64,000 nt of DNA from an uncultured Actinomycetes bacterium. Lineage in GTDB: Bacteria; Actinomycetota; Thermoleophilia; RBG-16-64-13. The stretch's first letter is position 1, and every line of letters starts with the position of its first letter. Positions 49,126 through 57,939 of the stretch are shown piece after piece. The DNA lies in assembly GCA_963706025.1 (NCBI GenBank), contig CAVPLM010000005.1, forward strand, positions 512,001-576,000, given 5' to 3'. Position numbers and translations under genes: made by a program. Under the pieces are notes generated by a model. It worked only from the letters and a program-made list of their open reading frames with translations. It ran no database searches and was not told the origin of the DNA.

Positions 49126-50475
49126 CTATCCGATCGCGGCTTTCACCACATCGGCCAACTGCGAGGCGTATTTCTCCGTGATCTCCTCAGTGGGTCCCTC
49201 GACCATGACCCGGCACATGTTCTGGGTGCCCGAGTACCGCACGAACACCCGCCCTTCGTCCTTGAGCTCGGCCTCCACCTGCTTGATCGCCTCGACGATC
49301 TGGGGCACCGTCTGGATATCCGGCTTGCTCTTCACATCCACGTTGATGAGCTTCTGCGGGAAGACATCCATCAACTTGGCCATCTCCGAAAGGGGTTTGC
49401 CCGCCTTGAGCATGGCGGCCAGCAGCTGCATGGCCGTGAGGATCCCGTCACCGGTGGTGTGGTGGTCGAGGAAGATCAGATGCCCGGATTCCTCGCCGCC
49501 CAACACCCCACCCAGCCGCTGCATGTCTTCCAGCACGTAGCGATCGCCCACCTTCGCCGCATGGTTCTTGAAGCCGTACTTCTTGCAGGCCACGCTCAAG
49601 CCCATGTTGCTCATGATGGTGGAAACGAGAAGATCGTTCTTGAGCCGGCCTTCTTCCTTCAGCATGCAGGCGCAGATGATCATGATCTGGTCGCCGGTGA
49701 TCTCGCTGCCCTTCTCGTCCACGGCGATAAGACGGTCGCCGTCGCCGTCGAAGGCCAGACCGATGGCCGCTCCGTTCTCCACGACCGCTTTCCTCAGGTC
49801 CTCGGTATGCTGCGACCCGCAGTTCTCGTTGATGTTGAGGCCATTAGGGGTGTTGTGGATCACCGTGACCTCGGCGCCCAGTTCGGTGAAAGCCGCCGGG
49901 GCTACACGATACGTCGCACCGTTGGCCGTATCCAGGACGATCTTCAGGCCTTCCATGGAGAGCGTGCGAGGAAATGTGTTCTTGAGGAACACGATGTATC
50001 GGCCGGGAGCGTCGTCCAACCGATAGGCACGGCCCATGCCGTGCGGCGGAGGCACCATCTCGGGGAGCTTCCCGCCCAGTATGAGCTCCTCGATGGCTTC
50101 TTCCTGCTCGTCGGAGAGCTTGAAGCCGGCGCCTGAGAAGATCTTTATGCCGTTGTCCTGATAGGGGTTATGGGAGGCGGAGATGACCGCGCCGGCATCA
50201 GCCCGCATGCTCTCGGTGATGAACGCGATCCCCGGAGTGGGCAGGACCCCCACCAGGTAGGGCACACCTCCCATGGACGTGACGCCGGACTCGAGGGCGC
50301 TCTCCAACATGTAGCCGGAGAGACGGGTGTCTTTCCCGATGATCACCCGAGTGGTGTGATGCGACTTCTTGAGCACTCGAGTCACGGCCTGGCCCACGGC
50401 AAAGGCCGTGTTCGCATCCATCGGATAACGGTTGGCCTCGCCTCTTATGCCATCGGTCCCGAACAACTTGCCCAT
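49126..50475 (-). CDS. glmM: Phosphoglucosamine mutase
   Basis: FGTDGIRG, GKDTRLSG, ISASHNP, FDGDGDR, VGDRYV, GGEESGH, RYSGT. Confidence 0.96.
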   Translation of the reverse strand: MGKLFGTDGIRGEANRYPMDANTAFAVGQAVTRVLKKSHHTTRVIIGKDTRLSGYMLESALESGVTSMGGVPYLVGVLPTPGIAFITESMRADAGAVISASHNPYQDNGIKIFSGAGFKLSDEQEEAIEELILGGKLPEMVPPPHGMGRAYRLDDAPGRYIVFLKNTFPRTLSMEGLKIVLDTANGATYRVAPAAFTELGAEVTVIHNTPNGLNINENCGSQHTEDLRKAVVENGAAIGLAFDGDGDRLIAVDEKGSEITGDQIMIICACMLKEEGRLKNDLLVSTIMSNMGLSVACKKYGFKNHAAKVGDRYVLEDMQRLGGVLGGEESGHLIFLDHHTTGDGILTAMQLLAAMLKAGKPLSEMAKLMDVFPQKLINVDVKSKPDIQTVPQIVEAIKQVEAELKDEGRVFVRYSGTQNMCRVMVEGPTEEITEKYASQLADVVKAAIG

Positions 50476-50499
50476 GTGTTGCTCCTCCCCACAAAAGAT

Positions 50500-51723
50500 C
50501 TAGCGTTTATACTCGTCCTCGAACAGGTCCATCGACCTCAGAAGCGCGTCTGCCTCCCCACAGAGCGCGTCGACGATCTGCTGCAACCACTGCACCCCTA
50601 GGGCGCGTAATTCCGGCGTGAAGCCCTGGATCGTTTCAATGTAGCCGGCGGCGGCAGCCGCGGCGCCCGGCTGGAACGCATCGAGGAACTCCGGTCGGCC
50701 CGGCGTCCCCGGGTACTCACCGAACACGGCGCAGACCTCGCCGACCCGCTCCCTGAACTCCGGCCCCGCAGCACTGGAGTCCGGCACCTTCCCCGCCATG
50801 GCGGTCAGGCGCTTCGTGCGCTCTTCTTTTGCCAGCGACAGCATCTCCAGGGCCCCTTCGTAGACGAGGATCCCCATCTCTTGCTTGGCGAAGAAGGGCT
50901 CCCGGACCTTTCTGTACCATTCCTCGAGCGCTACCAGATTGGCGAGATAGATGACGTTGTTGCGGACCAAGCGGGCCAGATTCTTGTAGGTGCGCGGATG
51001 GTGGTCCCGCTCGAAGCCGGGAGGCGGCACGGCAGCCACGAGCTTTCCGTCCTCGAGGATGTCGTGGAGCAGGACCGAACCTGCGGCCACCACGGTGCCA
51101 TACCCGACTCGAACGGGGCCTACAGCGCCCCCTTGACCACCCAGGAAGATCGGTGGCTGGTCCAGCATCACCCCACGCGGTACGTCCCCAAAAAGGGAGG
51201 CCGTGGTCTTGTCGCCGTCAGGGGTGAAGTTGAAGTGGATGTAGGAACTCCCCACCTCGCTGTGGTCTTTGCGACTGGTGCCGCCGGCCATCAGGCAATC
51301 GCAGAAGTTGATGAGGCTCCCCAGGGTGACGAACGGCAGCAGGATGGTCTGTTTGAGCCCGACACAGTGGGCACCGCCCGCTTCCTCCTCGAGCAGACAG
51401 CCCTCGCGGACCTGGGCTCCCAGCCCCATGTTGGCTTTCTCGAGAAAGACGGCCTGCTTGAAGTAACCCCCTTTGAGCTCAACCTTGGGGCCCAACCTGC
51501 AGCCGTCGAGAGTCACCGGACCCTCGGCGCCCAACCTGCAGCCTGCCGAAATGACCGTCTTCGCACCGGAGAGCCGGCACCCGGGATAGAGGGTCACCCC
51601 ATCTCCGGAGATGAGGTTCACGTCGACATCGTCGCCGACGTCAAGGCTGAGGGGATTGGGTGCGACTACCCCCTTGTCGATCAGTTGAACGACTTTGTCG
51701 TAACCCCTGGGTAGTAGATCCAT
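50500..51723 (-). CDS. GlmU-related left-handed beta-helix protein lacking the N-terminal uridylyltransferase domain
   Basis: Begins at the GlmU linker helix (LIDKGV..PNP), has hexapeptide repeats and GTVVAAGSV, and adds a helical C-terminal domain. Confidence 0.7.
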   Translation of the reverse strand: MDLLPRGYDKVVQLIDKGVVAPNPLSLDVGDDVDVNLISGDGVTLYPGCRLSGAKTVISAGCRLGAEGPVTLDGCRLGPKVELKGGYFKQAVFLEKANMGLGAQVREGCLLEEEAGGAHCVGLKQTILLPFVTLGSLINFCDCLMAGGTSRKDHSEVGSSYIHFNFTPDGDKTTASLFGDVPRGVMLDQPPIFLGGQGGAVGPVRVGYGTVVAAGSVLLHDILEDGKLVAAVPPPGFERDHHPRTYKNLARLVRNNVIYLANLVALEEWYRKVREPFFAKQEMGILVYEGALEMLSLAKEERTKRLTAMAGKVPDSSAAGPEFRERVGEVCAVFGEYPGTPGRPEFLDAFQPGAAAAAAGYIETIQGFTPELRALGVQWLQQIVDALCGEADALLRSMDLFEDEYKR

Positions 51724-51942
51724 CAAGAGCTCCTCAGCAGCCGGACCCTTCGGTGAGGCCCGTATCGTCATCGCGGCAAAGCGTCAAAAACTCGCGCAAG
51801 AGTCGCGCAGCGAGGGCTCGTTGTCAAGCGGCGTCGGAGTTGCGAGGCGGGCATCGAGACATGTGACCTTTCCCTAAGTGATGCAGACCGTTGTGCCGTG
51901 CCCTGCTTCCCCGGGGCCGCCAGGCCGTGTAGAGTGGATTCC

Positions 51943-52857
51943 ATGGCCGCAGAGTCGAAGAAAGCCGTTATCGCCGCGATCATCGGCAACGCGGCCATCG
52001 CAGCGATCAAGTTCATGGCCGCTGCCCTTACCGGCAGCTCCGCCATGATCTCCGAAGGCATCCACTCCCTGGTCGACACCGGGAACGGGGTCCTCCTCTT
52101 CCACGGTCTCCGCCGCGGGGCCCGGCCGGCCGACATCAACCATCCGTTCGGCCATGGCATGGAAGTCTATTTCTGGAGCCTGATCGTGGCGGTGAGCATC
52201 TTCGGCATCGGCGGCGGCATGTCGATCTACGAAGGCATCGTGCACATCCGCGACCCTTCCCCACTTGAAAACCCAACCATCAACTACGTCGTGCTCGGTC
52301 TCGCGATGGTCTTCGAACTGCTCTCGTTCAGCGTGGCCTGGAGGGTGTTCGGCAAAGCCAGGGGGTCGCGCCGGGTTCTGACGGCGATCCACCACGGCAA
52401 GGATCCCAGCCTGTTCACGGTACTCTTCGAAGACACGGCGGCGCTTCTGGGGCTGGTGGTCGCCTTCTTCGGTGTCTTCCTCAGCCATCAGTTCGAGGAG
52501 CCGGTCATCGACGGCGTGGCTTCGGTGGCGATCGGCGTGATCTTGGTCTGCACAGCGAGTTGGCTTGCTTACGAGAGCAGGAGCCTGATGGTCGGCGAGG
52601 CGGCCGATCCAGCTCTGGTGGCCGCCATCCGTGAGATCGCGCTTGCAGACCCGGCGGTCGTCGGTCTCGGCGCCGTTCTGACGCTGCACCTGGGACCGGA
52701 GAATGTGCTTCTGAACATCGAGGTGCGTTTCGCCCCTGGCATAACAGTCGAGGAGATACAGGCCGCTGTCCATCGCATCGAGGAACACATCACCGGGCCC
52801 TTCCCCGAGGTGGATCGCATCTTCATCGAGGTGGAGGGCCCTTCCCATCCGGCCTAA
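51943..52857 (+). CDS. Cation diffusion facilitator transporter
   Basis: SEGIHSLVDTGN, HPFGHG.E.YFW, FEDTAA, C-terminal dimerisation domain. Confidence 0.92.
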   Translation: MAAESKKAVIAAIIGNAAIAAIKFMAAALTGSSAMISEGIHSLVDTGNGVLLFHGLRRGARPADINHPFGHGMEVYFWSLIVAVSIFGIGGGMSIYEGIVHIRDPSPLENPTINYVVLGLAMVFELLSFSVAWRVFGKARGSRRVLTAIHHGKDPSLFTVLFEDTAALLGLVVAFFGVFLSHQFEEPVIDGVASVAIGVILVCTASWLAYESRSLMVGEAADPALVAAIREIALADPAVVGLGAVLTLHLGPENVLLNIEVRFAPGITVEEIQAAVHRIEEHITGPFPEVDRIFIEVEGPSHPA

Positions 52858-53020
52858 GAACTCGTTTCAGAATGAAGCTCCGCCGTCAGGGACGCCCTGG
52901 GCGAGCGCGAGAGAAGAACGCAGGGAGCGTGAATAGCAGCGCTATTTGCGCGACCGAGGACGTACGGTCGTGCCGTCCAGGGTGCACTAGGCGGCCGCGG
53001 CTTCATAGTGAAACGAGTTG
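52858..53020. mobile_element. Non-autonomous MITE, 163 bp, with a TAA target duplication
   Basis: TIR gaactcgtttcagaatgaagc / gcttcatagtgaaacgagttg (18 of 21 match); TAA on both sides (52855-52857 and 53021-53023). Confidence 0.82.
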
Positions 53021-53086
53021 TAAACGGGCGGCCCATCTGGTGCCGGCCGAGCACCTCGACTATCCCTTTCCCCCCGTCCGGCGCCG

Positions 53087-53476
53087 TCAGGAAAGGTATC
53101 GCTGTCCGGTCTCCGCGGAGAGCCCCAACGAGTGGCGAAGAGCCTCGTCAACCTGGTCCATCAGCCATGAGGGACATTCGCCCAACGCCTGGGGATCGAT
53201 TCGCCTAAGGCTGACGGTCCAGATCTGCTCGCACATGATGATCCCGGGCTTACCCAGGATCTCCGGCGGAAGCTCCACGTGAAACGGATACGATCTCGAA
53301 GGCAGGCCTGAGCTGAGAGGCACGACGATGGTGGTATCTGCGTAGGCGTTCCCCCAGTCGTTCTGTACGACGAGGACCGGTCGCTTCTTGCTCCGACCAG
53401 CATGCCGGGGATCATTGCCGGTCCCGAAGTCGACAACGTAGATCGATCCTCGCCGTATCTCGCCCTCGCCTGTCAT
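53087..53476 (-). CDS. mazF: MazF/PemK family toxin
   Basis: RRGSIYVVDF, KKRPVLVVQND.GN, TIVVPLSS, CEQI.TVS. Confidence 0.9.
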   Translation of the reverse strand: MTGEGEIRRGSIYVVDFGTGNDPRHAGRSKKRPVLVVQNDWGNAYADTTIVVPLSSGLPSRSYPFHVELPPEILGKPGIIMCEQIWTVSLRRIDPQALGECPSWLMDQVDEALRHSLGLSAETGQRYLS

Positions 53477-53721
53477 CGCTCCAGGCCGCTCCCGGAAACG
53501 GCGATCACCTCCTCCGCCAACCGCCTATCGGTCTCCCGCATCTCTTCATACCCGACGCGCATGAGCCGGCGAACGTCGTCCGTCCTTAACCGCCACAGCG
53601 CCTCGACCACCACATCGGTCTTGGTGACACCCCGCTCCTTCGAGCGAAGGTCAATGTATTCGATCGCCCACGCCGGCATCCTGATGTTGAAAGGCTTCGT
53701 TCCTCTAGGCTCCTCATCCAT
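53473..53721 (-). CDS. Ribbon-helix-helix antitoxin
   Basis: FNIRMP...KTDVVVEAL...MRVGYEEM; ATGA overlap with the toxin. Confidence 0.78.
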   Translation of the reverse strand: MDEEPRGTKPFNIRMPAWAIEYIDLRSKERGVTKTDVVVEALWRLRTDDVRRLMRVGYEEMRETDRRLAEEVIAVSGSGLER

Positions 53722-53858
53722 CGATTTCCCTCTTCTTTCCCCGATCCCCTTGTACGTGGGAAAGACCGGCCCTTCGGAGCCGCTTCCTTCCCTGAGTCTA
53801 GTTTCGCCAACCGTAAAGCAATACCTGCTTTACGTACTGTGATAGGCATTGGAGAGAG

Positions 53859-53907
53859 GGAGAGGACAGGGGGCGGCGGCCCTCGGCCGCCGCCCCCTGT
53901 CCTCTCC
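53859..53907. terminator. Long perfect hairpin downstream of the GYD gene
   Basis: ggagaggacagggggcggcggcc-ctc-ggccgccgccccctgtcctctcc, a 23-bp stem. Confidence 0.75.
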
Positions 53908-53945
53908 ATTGTCGCTCCGGGCTGTGCTCGCCCCGAAAACGGTCT

Positions 53946-54233
53946 TTACTTCTCGAGGCCCGCGATGAACTCGTCGGTAGGGATAGCCGGGAGTGTGAGA
54001 GTCGACACCGTCCCCCGAGACCCTAGCTGAACGGCCATGCGAGTGATGGCCTCATTGCTGTCGGCTTCGAGGATGTTCAGGAAGTCGAACTGGCCGAGAA
54101 GGGCGTACTGGGCTTTGAGAGCGATCCCCTGCGCCTCGATCTCCTTGTTGACCTCCCTGATCCTTCCCGGATTGTGGAGGAGGGTCTTCCTGCCCTCGTC
54201 CGTGAGGGTGGTGAGCACCACGTAGGTGGGCAT
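53946..54233 (-). CDS. GYD domain protein
   Basis: MPTYVVL..LTDEG, YALLGQFDF, TLTLPA. Confidence 0.85.
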   Translation of the reverse strand: MPTYVVLTTLTDEGRKTLLHNPGRIREVNKEIEAQGIALKAQYALLGQFDFLNILEADSNEAITRMAVQLGSRGTVSTLTLPAIPTDEFIAGLEK

Positions 54234-54334
54234 CTTCGTTCTCCTTTCGCCAAGCGCAGTTCGGTCCGCTCGCCTTACGGCTCACTCGTGGTTATTCCTG
54301 CGGACGCCTTGAACCAAACGAGTTCGACGTAGGA

Positions 54335-54952
54335 TCAGCCGCTGCGACCCCCACTCGCCCTACCCAGCAGGGTGATGACCCGGTACGACAAGCCGGCGAG
54401 AACCACGGCTGCGTAGATCGCGAACCAGCTCTTCAGAAAGACCTCGTTCCTCAAGTCATATCCGAGCACCAGTCCGTGGACCATGACTGCTGCGAAGATC
54501 AGATAGTTGAGGCGGTGGATCCACCGCCAGGAGCGCCGGAGCCGCCTTCGGGTCGAAGCTGTGGCGATGACGGCCACCAACACGACCAAGACGGCAGGAC
54601 CCACCCAGACGGCAGCGGTCGCATAGCCTGAGATTCCAAAGACGAAGGCCATGAGACCATGCGCGAGACCGGCCGCGAACCCGATCGATGCGATGACGAC
54701 GTGAGCGCGCTGAACCGTCCGGCCCTTGAACGTCCGCACGAAGAAAGGTCGAAACGAACCGGTCACGATGTCGATGAATACCAAGGTGAACGCTTCGAGA
54801 GCGGCGAGCCGCAAAGCGTTCCACAAGACGTCAGAAGAACCTCCACCCGAAAGGGCGAGCACAACCGGAGGAACCGCCAACAATCCCAACCCAACAGCGA
54901 CCAGCAACACCTGCAGCATTGATCGAGTAGCGCCTGCGAACGGCTTCTTCAT
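54335..54952 (-). CDS. Ferric reductase-like transmembrane (heme b) protein
   Basis: About 6 TM helices; His pairs AHVV..LAHG and WRWIHRLNY..VHG. Confidence 0.75.
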   Translation of the reverse strand: MKKPFAGATRSMLQVLLVAVGLGLLAVPPVVLALSGGGSSDVLWNALRLAALEAFTLVFIDIVTGSFRPFFVRTFKGRTVQRAHVVIASIGFAAGLAHGLMAFVFGISGYATAAVWVGPAVLVVLVAVIATASTRRRLRRSWRWIHRLNYLIFAAVMVHGLVLGYDLRNEVFLKSWFAIYAAVVLAGLSYRVITLLGRASGGRSG

Positions 54953-54997
54953 CGTTTTCAGCCCCTGACCATGCGAGGCGGTCAGAACGCGAAGCTG

Positions 54998-55399
54998 CTA
55001 CTGCTCCAGCTTTCCAACCACCCGCATCTTCTCCAGAAGCGCCCTCATGCTCGCGGGGGCCTGCTCGATCTCCTCCGATAGGTCCTTCCCCGCCATAGCG
55101 CCGAGGTTGCACGAAGAGTGCTGGCCTTCGGGCCACCTCACGCTGCCGGACACGTCGTAGACCACCCCGTCCACCGCGACATAGGCCGCTCCGCCGTCCT
55201 TGCCGTCGAACTCAGCCAACTCGGTCAGGCTGAAGATCTTCTCTCCCGTGCCGAGCGCGGTGGTCACGGTACTCCCACCGGCGGTCGTGTCCGTGCTTGA
55301 ATCCCCCAGGCCCGATCCGTCTCCGCCACAAGCCGCGAGCCCGAGGGCGACCACGACCAGGAACAGGACCAGTACGCATGCCGCCGCCGACCTCTTCAT
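54998..55399 (-). CDS. Cytochrome b5-like heme/steroid-binding lipoprotein
   Basis: Lipobox LAAC; ELAEFDGKDG..AYVAVDGVVYDVS..W..G.H..AGKDLS. Confidence 0.82.
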   Translation of the reverse strand: MKRSAAACVLVLFLVVVALGLAACGGDGSGLGDSSTDTTAGGSTVTTALGTGEKIFSLTELAEFDGKDGGAAYVAVDGVVYDVSGSVRWPEGQHSSCNLGAMAGKDLSEEIEQAPASMRALLEKMRVVGKLEQ

Positions 55400-55669
55400 T
55401 CTCGCCCTCCCCATGCGCCGGCGAGACCCGGACTCACTCAGGGTCCCACCCTTTTCTTGCCTGCGCTCATTGTTCCCTACGCTGCTCCTGGAAGTCAAAC
55501 ACCGCTCACCGGGACGCCCCACTCCACCGGCTCTTTCGCGGCGCGGGCGTGAGACCGCCGGTTCCGGCCAAGTCCCACGAGTTGACGGCCCGTGAGCCAC
55601 ACTATACAGTTCCCTCTTACACACGAGGCACTCGGCCGTCACAACTCTCTAACGGGACGTAGGGGAAAA

Positions 55670-57316
55670 GTGGACAGACCTGCGCGCAGCATCGAATGGA
55701 GAAGTCTCAGGAGTGAAATTTCGGCACGGTACGAGCAGGGGGATCTCGACGGAGCCATCGAGGTGGCCCAGAAGGCGCTAGAACTGGCGGAGCAGGGCTC
55801 GGGGCCCGATAGCCTTGAGGTGGCCTCAAGCTCTGCCGATCTTGGTTTGCTTCTTGCGGCCAAGGGCGACTACCCGGGAGCGCAGGCGAATCAAGAACGG
55901 GCCCTCTCCATCCGCGAGAAGGCCCTGGACCCGGACCACCCGGACGTGGCCCAAACTCTGGAGAACCTCGCAGACTCACACCGCTCTCAAGACGACGACG
56001 AGACCGCCGAGGCGCTCTACGAGCGCGCGCTGGCCATTTGGGAGAAGGCCCTGGGTCCGGATCATCTGGACCTGGCCCTCATCATGGAGAACCTGGCCGG
56101 CGTGTACCAGAGCCGGAGCCGGTATGCAGAGGCTGAGGCCCTTCACAAGCGTGCCCTGGCCATCCGGGAGAAAGCCCTTGGTCCGGACCACCCCCGCGTG
56201 GCCATCATTCTGACCAACCTTGCCGAGCTGTATGACATCCAAGGGAGGCCCATAGAGGCCGAACCGCTGTACCAGCGCGCTCTTGCCGTCCTGCAGGCCG
56301 GCGTGGGGCCGGATAGCGCCGATACCCTACCCGCGCTGGAAGGTCTCGCCGAACTCTACAGGGTTCAGGGCCGCTATTCCGAAGCTGAGCCGCTGTACGA
56401 GCGTGCGGTTTCCATTCGCGAGAGAGGGCTTGGTCCCGACCATCCCGATGTAGCGAAGAGCCTCAACAATCTGGCGAGCTTGTATTTTGCGCAGGGACTG
56501 TACGCGAAGGCCGAGCCGCTGTACAGACGTTCCCTCGCTATCGCCGACAAAGCCCTGGATCCGGAGCATCCCGATCTCGCTTTGAGCCTCAACGGCCTTG
56601 CCGTGCTGTACAGCGTCCAGGGGCGGTACGCGCAGGCTGAACCGCTGCACGAGCGTGCCCTCGCGATATGGGAGAAGGCCCTCGGACCTGACCACCCTGA
56701 TGTTGCCACCAGCTTGGGTAATCTGGCGGTGCTATATGACGCCCAGGGTCGCTACGCAGAGGCCGAACCCCTCCATACGCGCGCCCTCGAGATACGGGAG
56801 AAAGCGCTTGGACCCAATCATCCCCACGTGGCCACGAGTCTGGACAATCTCGCCGAACTGTACCGGGGTCAGGGCCGCTACGACGAGGCCGAGCCCCTCT
56901 ACAAACGAGCCCTCGTGATTGGGGAAAAGGTCCTCGGGCCGGAGCATCCGGATGTGGCCCTCAGCCTGGACAATCTCGCGGAGCTCTATCGGGCCCAGGG
57001 GCGCTACGAGGAAGCTCGGCCGCTGTACGAGCGCGCCCTCGCCATCGCCGAGAAGACATTGGGGGCCGGTCATCCGGACGTGGCGCTGAGTCTGAACGGC
57101 CTCGCGGAGGTACACAGGGCCCGCGGCGAGTATGCCGAAGCCGAGGATCTCCACACGCGCTCTCTGGCCATTCGGGAGGCGGCCCTCGGTCCCGATCACC
57201 CCGATGTGGCGACCAGCCTTGAGAATCTGGCTGCGCTCTACGCGGAAACGGACCGCGCCGAGGAGGCCGCCGCCCTGCAAGAGAGAGCGGCGGAGATTCG
57301 CAAGATCACGCACTGA
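55670..57316 (+). CDS. Tetratricopeptide repeat protein (about 13 x 42-aa kinesin-light-chain-type repeats)
   Basis: Repeated HPDVA.SL.NLA.LY..QGRY.EAEPLY.RAL.I.EK.LGP. Confidence 0.9.
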   Translation: MDRPARSIEWRSLRSEISARYEQGDLDGAIEVAQKALELAEQGSGPDSLEVASSSADLGLLLAAKGDYPGAQANQERALSIREKALDPDHPDVAQTLENLADSHRSQDDDETAEALYERALAIWEKALGPDHLDLALIMENLAGVYQSRSRYAEAEALHKRALAIREKALGPDHPRVAIILTNLAELYDIQGRPIEAEPLYQRALAVLQAGVGPDSADTLPALEGLAELYRVQGRYSEAEPLYERAVSIRERGLGPDHPDVAKSLNNLASLYFAQGLYAKAEPLYRRSLAIADKALDPEHPDLALSLNGLAVLYSVQGRYAQAEPLHERALAIWEKALGPDHPDVATSLGNLAVLYDAQGRYAEAEPLHTRALEIREKALGPNHPHVATSLDNLAELYRGQGRYDEAEPLYKRALVIGEKVLGPEHPDVALSLDNLAELYRAQGRYEEARPLYERALAIAEKTLGAGHPDVALSLNGLAEVHRARGEYAEAEDLHTRSLAIREAALGPDHPDVATSLENLAALYAETDRAEEAAALQERAAEIRKITH

Positions 57317-57353
57317 GTCCAACGCGACCCACTGCGTCCCGCTCGCGGCCCTC

Positions 57354-57938
57354 TCAGTCGATGGCCACGAGAAGTTGACCGCTGTCGACCGAGTCACCCT
57401 TCTGGACGGCCACCGACTTCACCGTGCCCTTCGTGGGAGCACAGAGCTCGTTCTCCATCTTCATGGCCTCCAGCGTGACGACCGGGTCGCCTGCTTCCAC
57501 CTTGTCCCCAGCTTTGACGAGGATCTTCACTATCTTGCCCGGCATGGGCGCGCGCACGCCCGTGCCCGTATCTTCGACCACCTTGGCGGTCTCCGCCGGT
57601 TTGGCCGCGCCCGCCCCGACCGGGGCGGGCGCGGCGGTCACCCGTCCCCCGATGACCGACATGGCGGTACCTCGTGCCGGGGTCATGCCTCCCATGGAGA
57701 TGTCCATCACGGAGATAGGGATCCGTTCGCCGGCGAGTTCCAGCACATGTGTACCCGCTTCCCCGTCCGACTCAGCGATGCGGACCTCGTAGCTCTTCTC
57801 CCCCACCTGGACCACACGTCGGTCGCCCGAGGGTCTGCTCAGCTTCACATCGAACCGGTGAGCATCGACGGCCAGCGTACCGTCGGGGCTAGAGACGATC
57901 TGGTGATCCACGCCGTCGATCTTGACCCGGAACTTCAC
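57354..57938 (-). CDS. Biotin carboxyl carrier protein
   Basis: APMPGKI, LEAMKMENE. Confidence 0.92.
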   Translation of the reverse strand: MKFRVKIDGVDHQIVSSPDGTLAVDAHRFDVKLSRPSGDRRVVQVGEKSYEVRIAESDGEAGTHVLELAGERIPISVMDISMGGMTPARGTAMSVIGGRVTAAPAPVGAGAAKPAETAKVVEDTGTGVRAPMPGKIVKILVKAGDKVEAGDPVVTLEAMKMENELCAPTKGTVKSVAVQKGDSVDSGQLLVAID

Positions 57939-57939
57939 T

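Noticed and set aside
51774-51786. cggcaaagcgtca and aaacgagttc (about 54316) as further MITE copies
   Set aside because: Matches of only 10-13 nt without the rest of the TIR could be chance.
53087-53721. MazF-type TA pair as part of a larger defence island
   Set aside because: It is an ordinary two-gene type II TA module flanked by housekeeping-type genes; no other defence genes are adjacent.
55670-57316. 126-bp periodic repeats as a possible CRISPR array or DNA repeat
   Set aside because: The repeats are in-frame coding TPR units with synonymous variation and no unique spacers.
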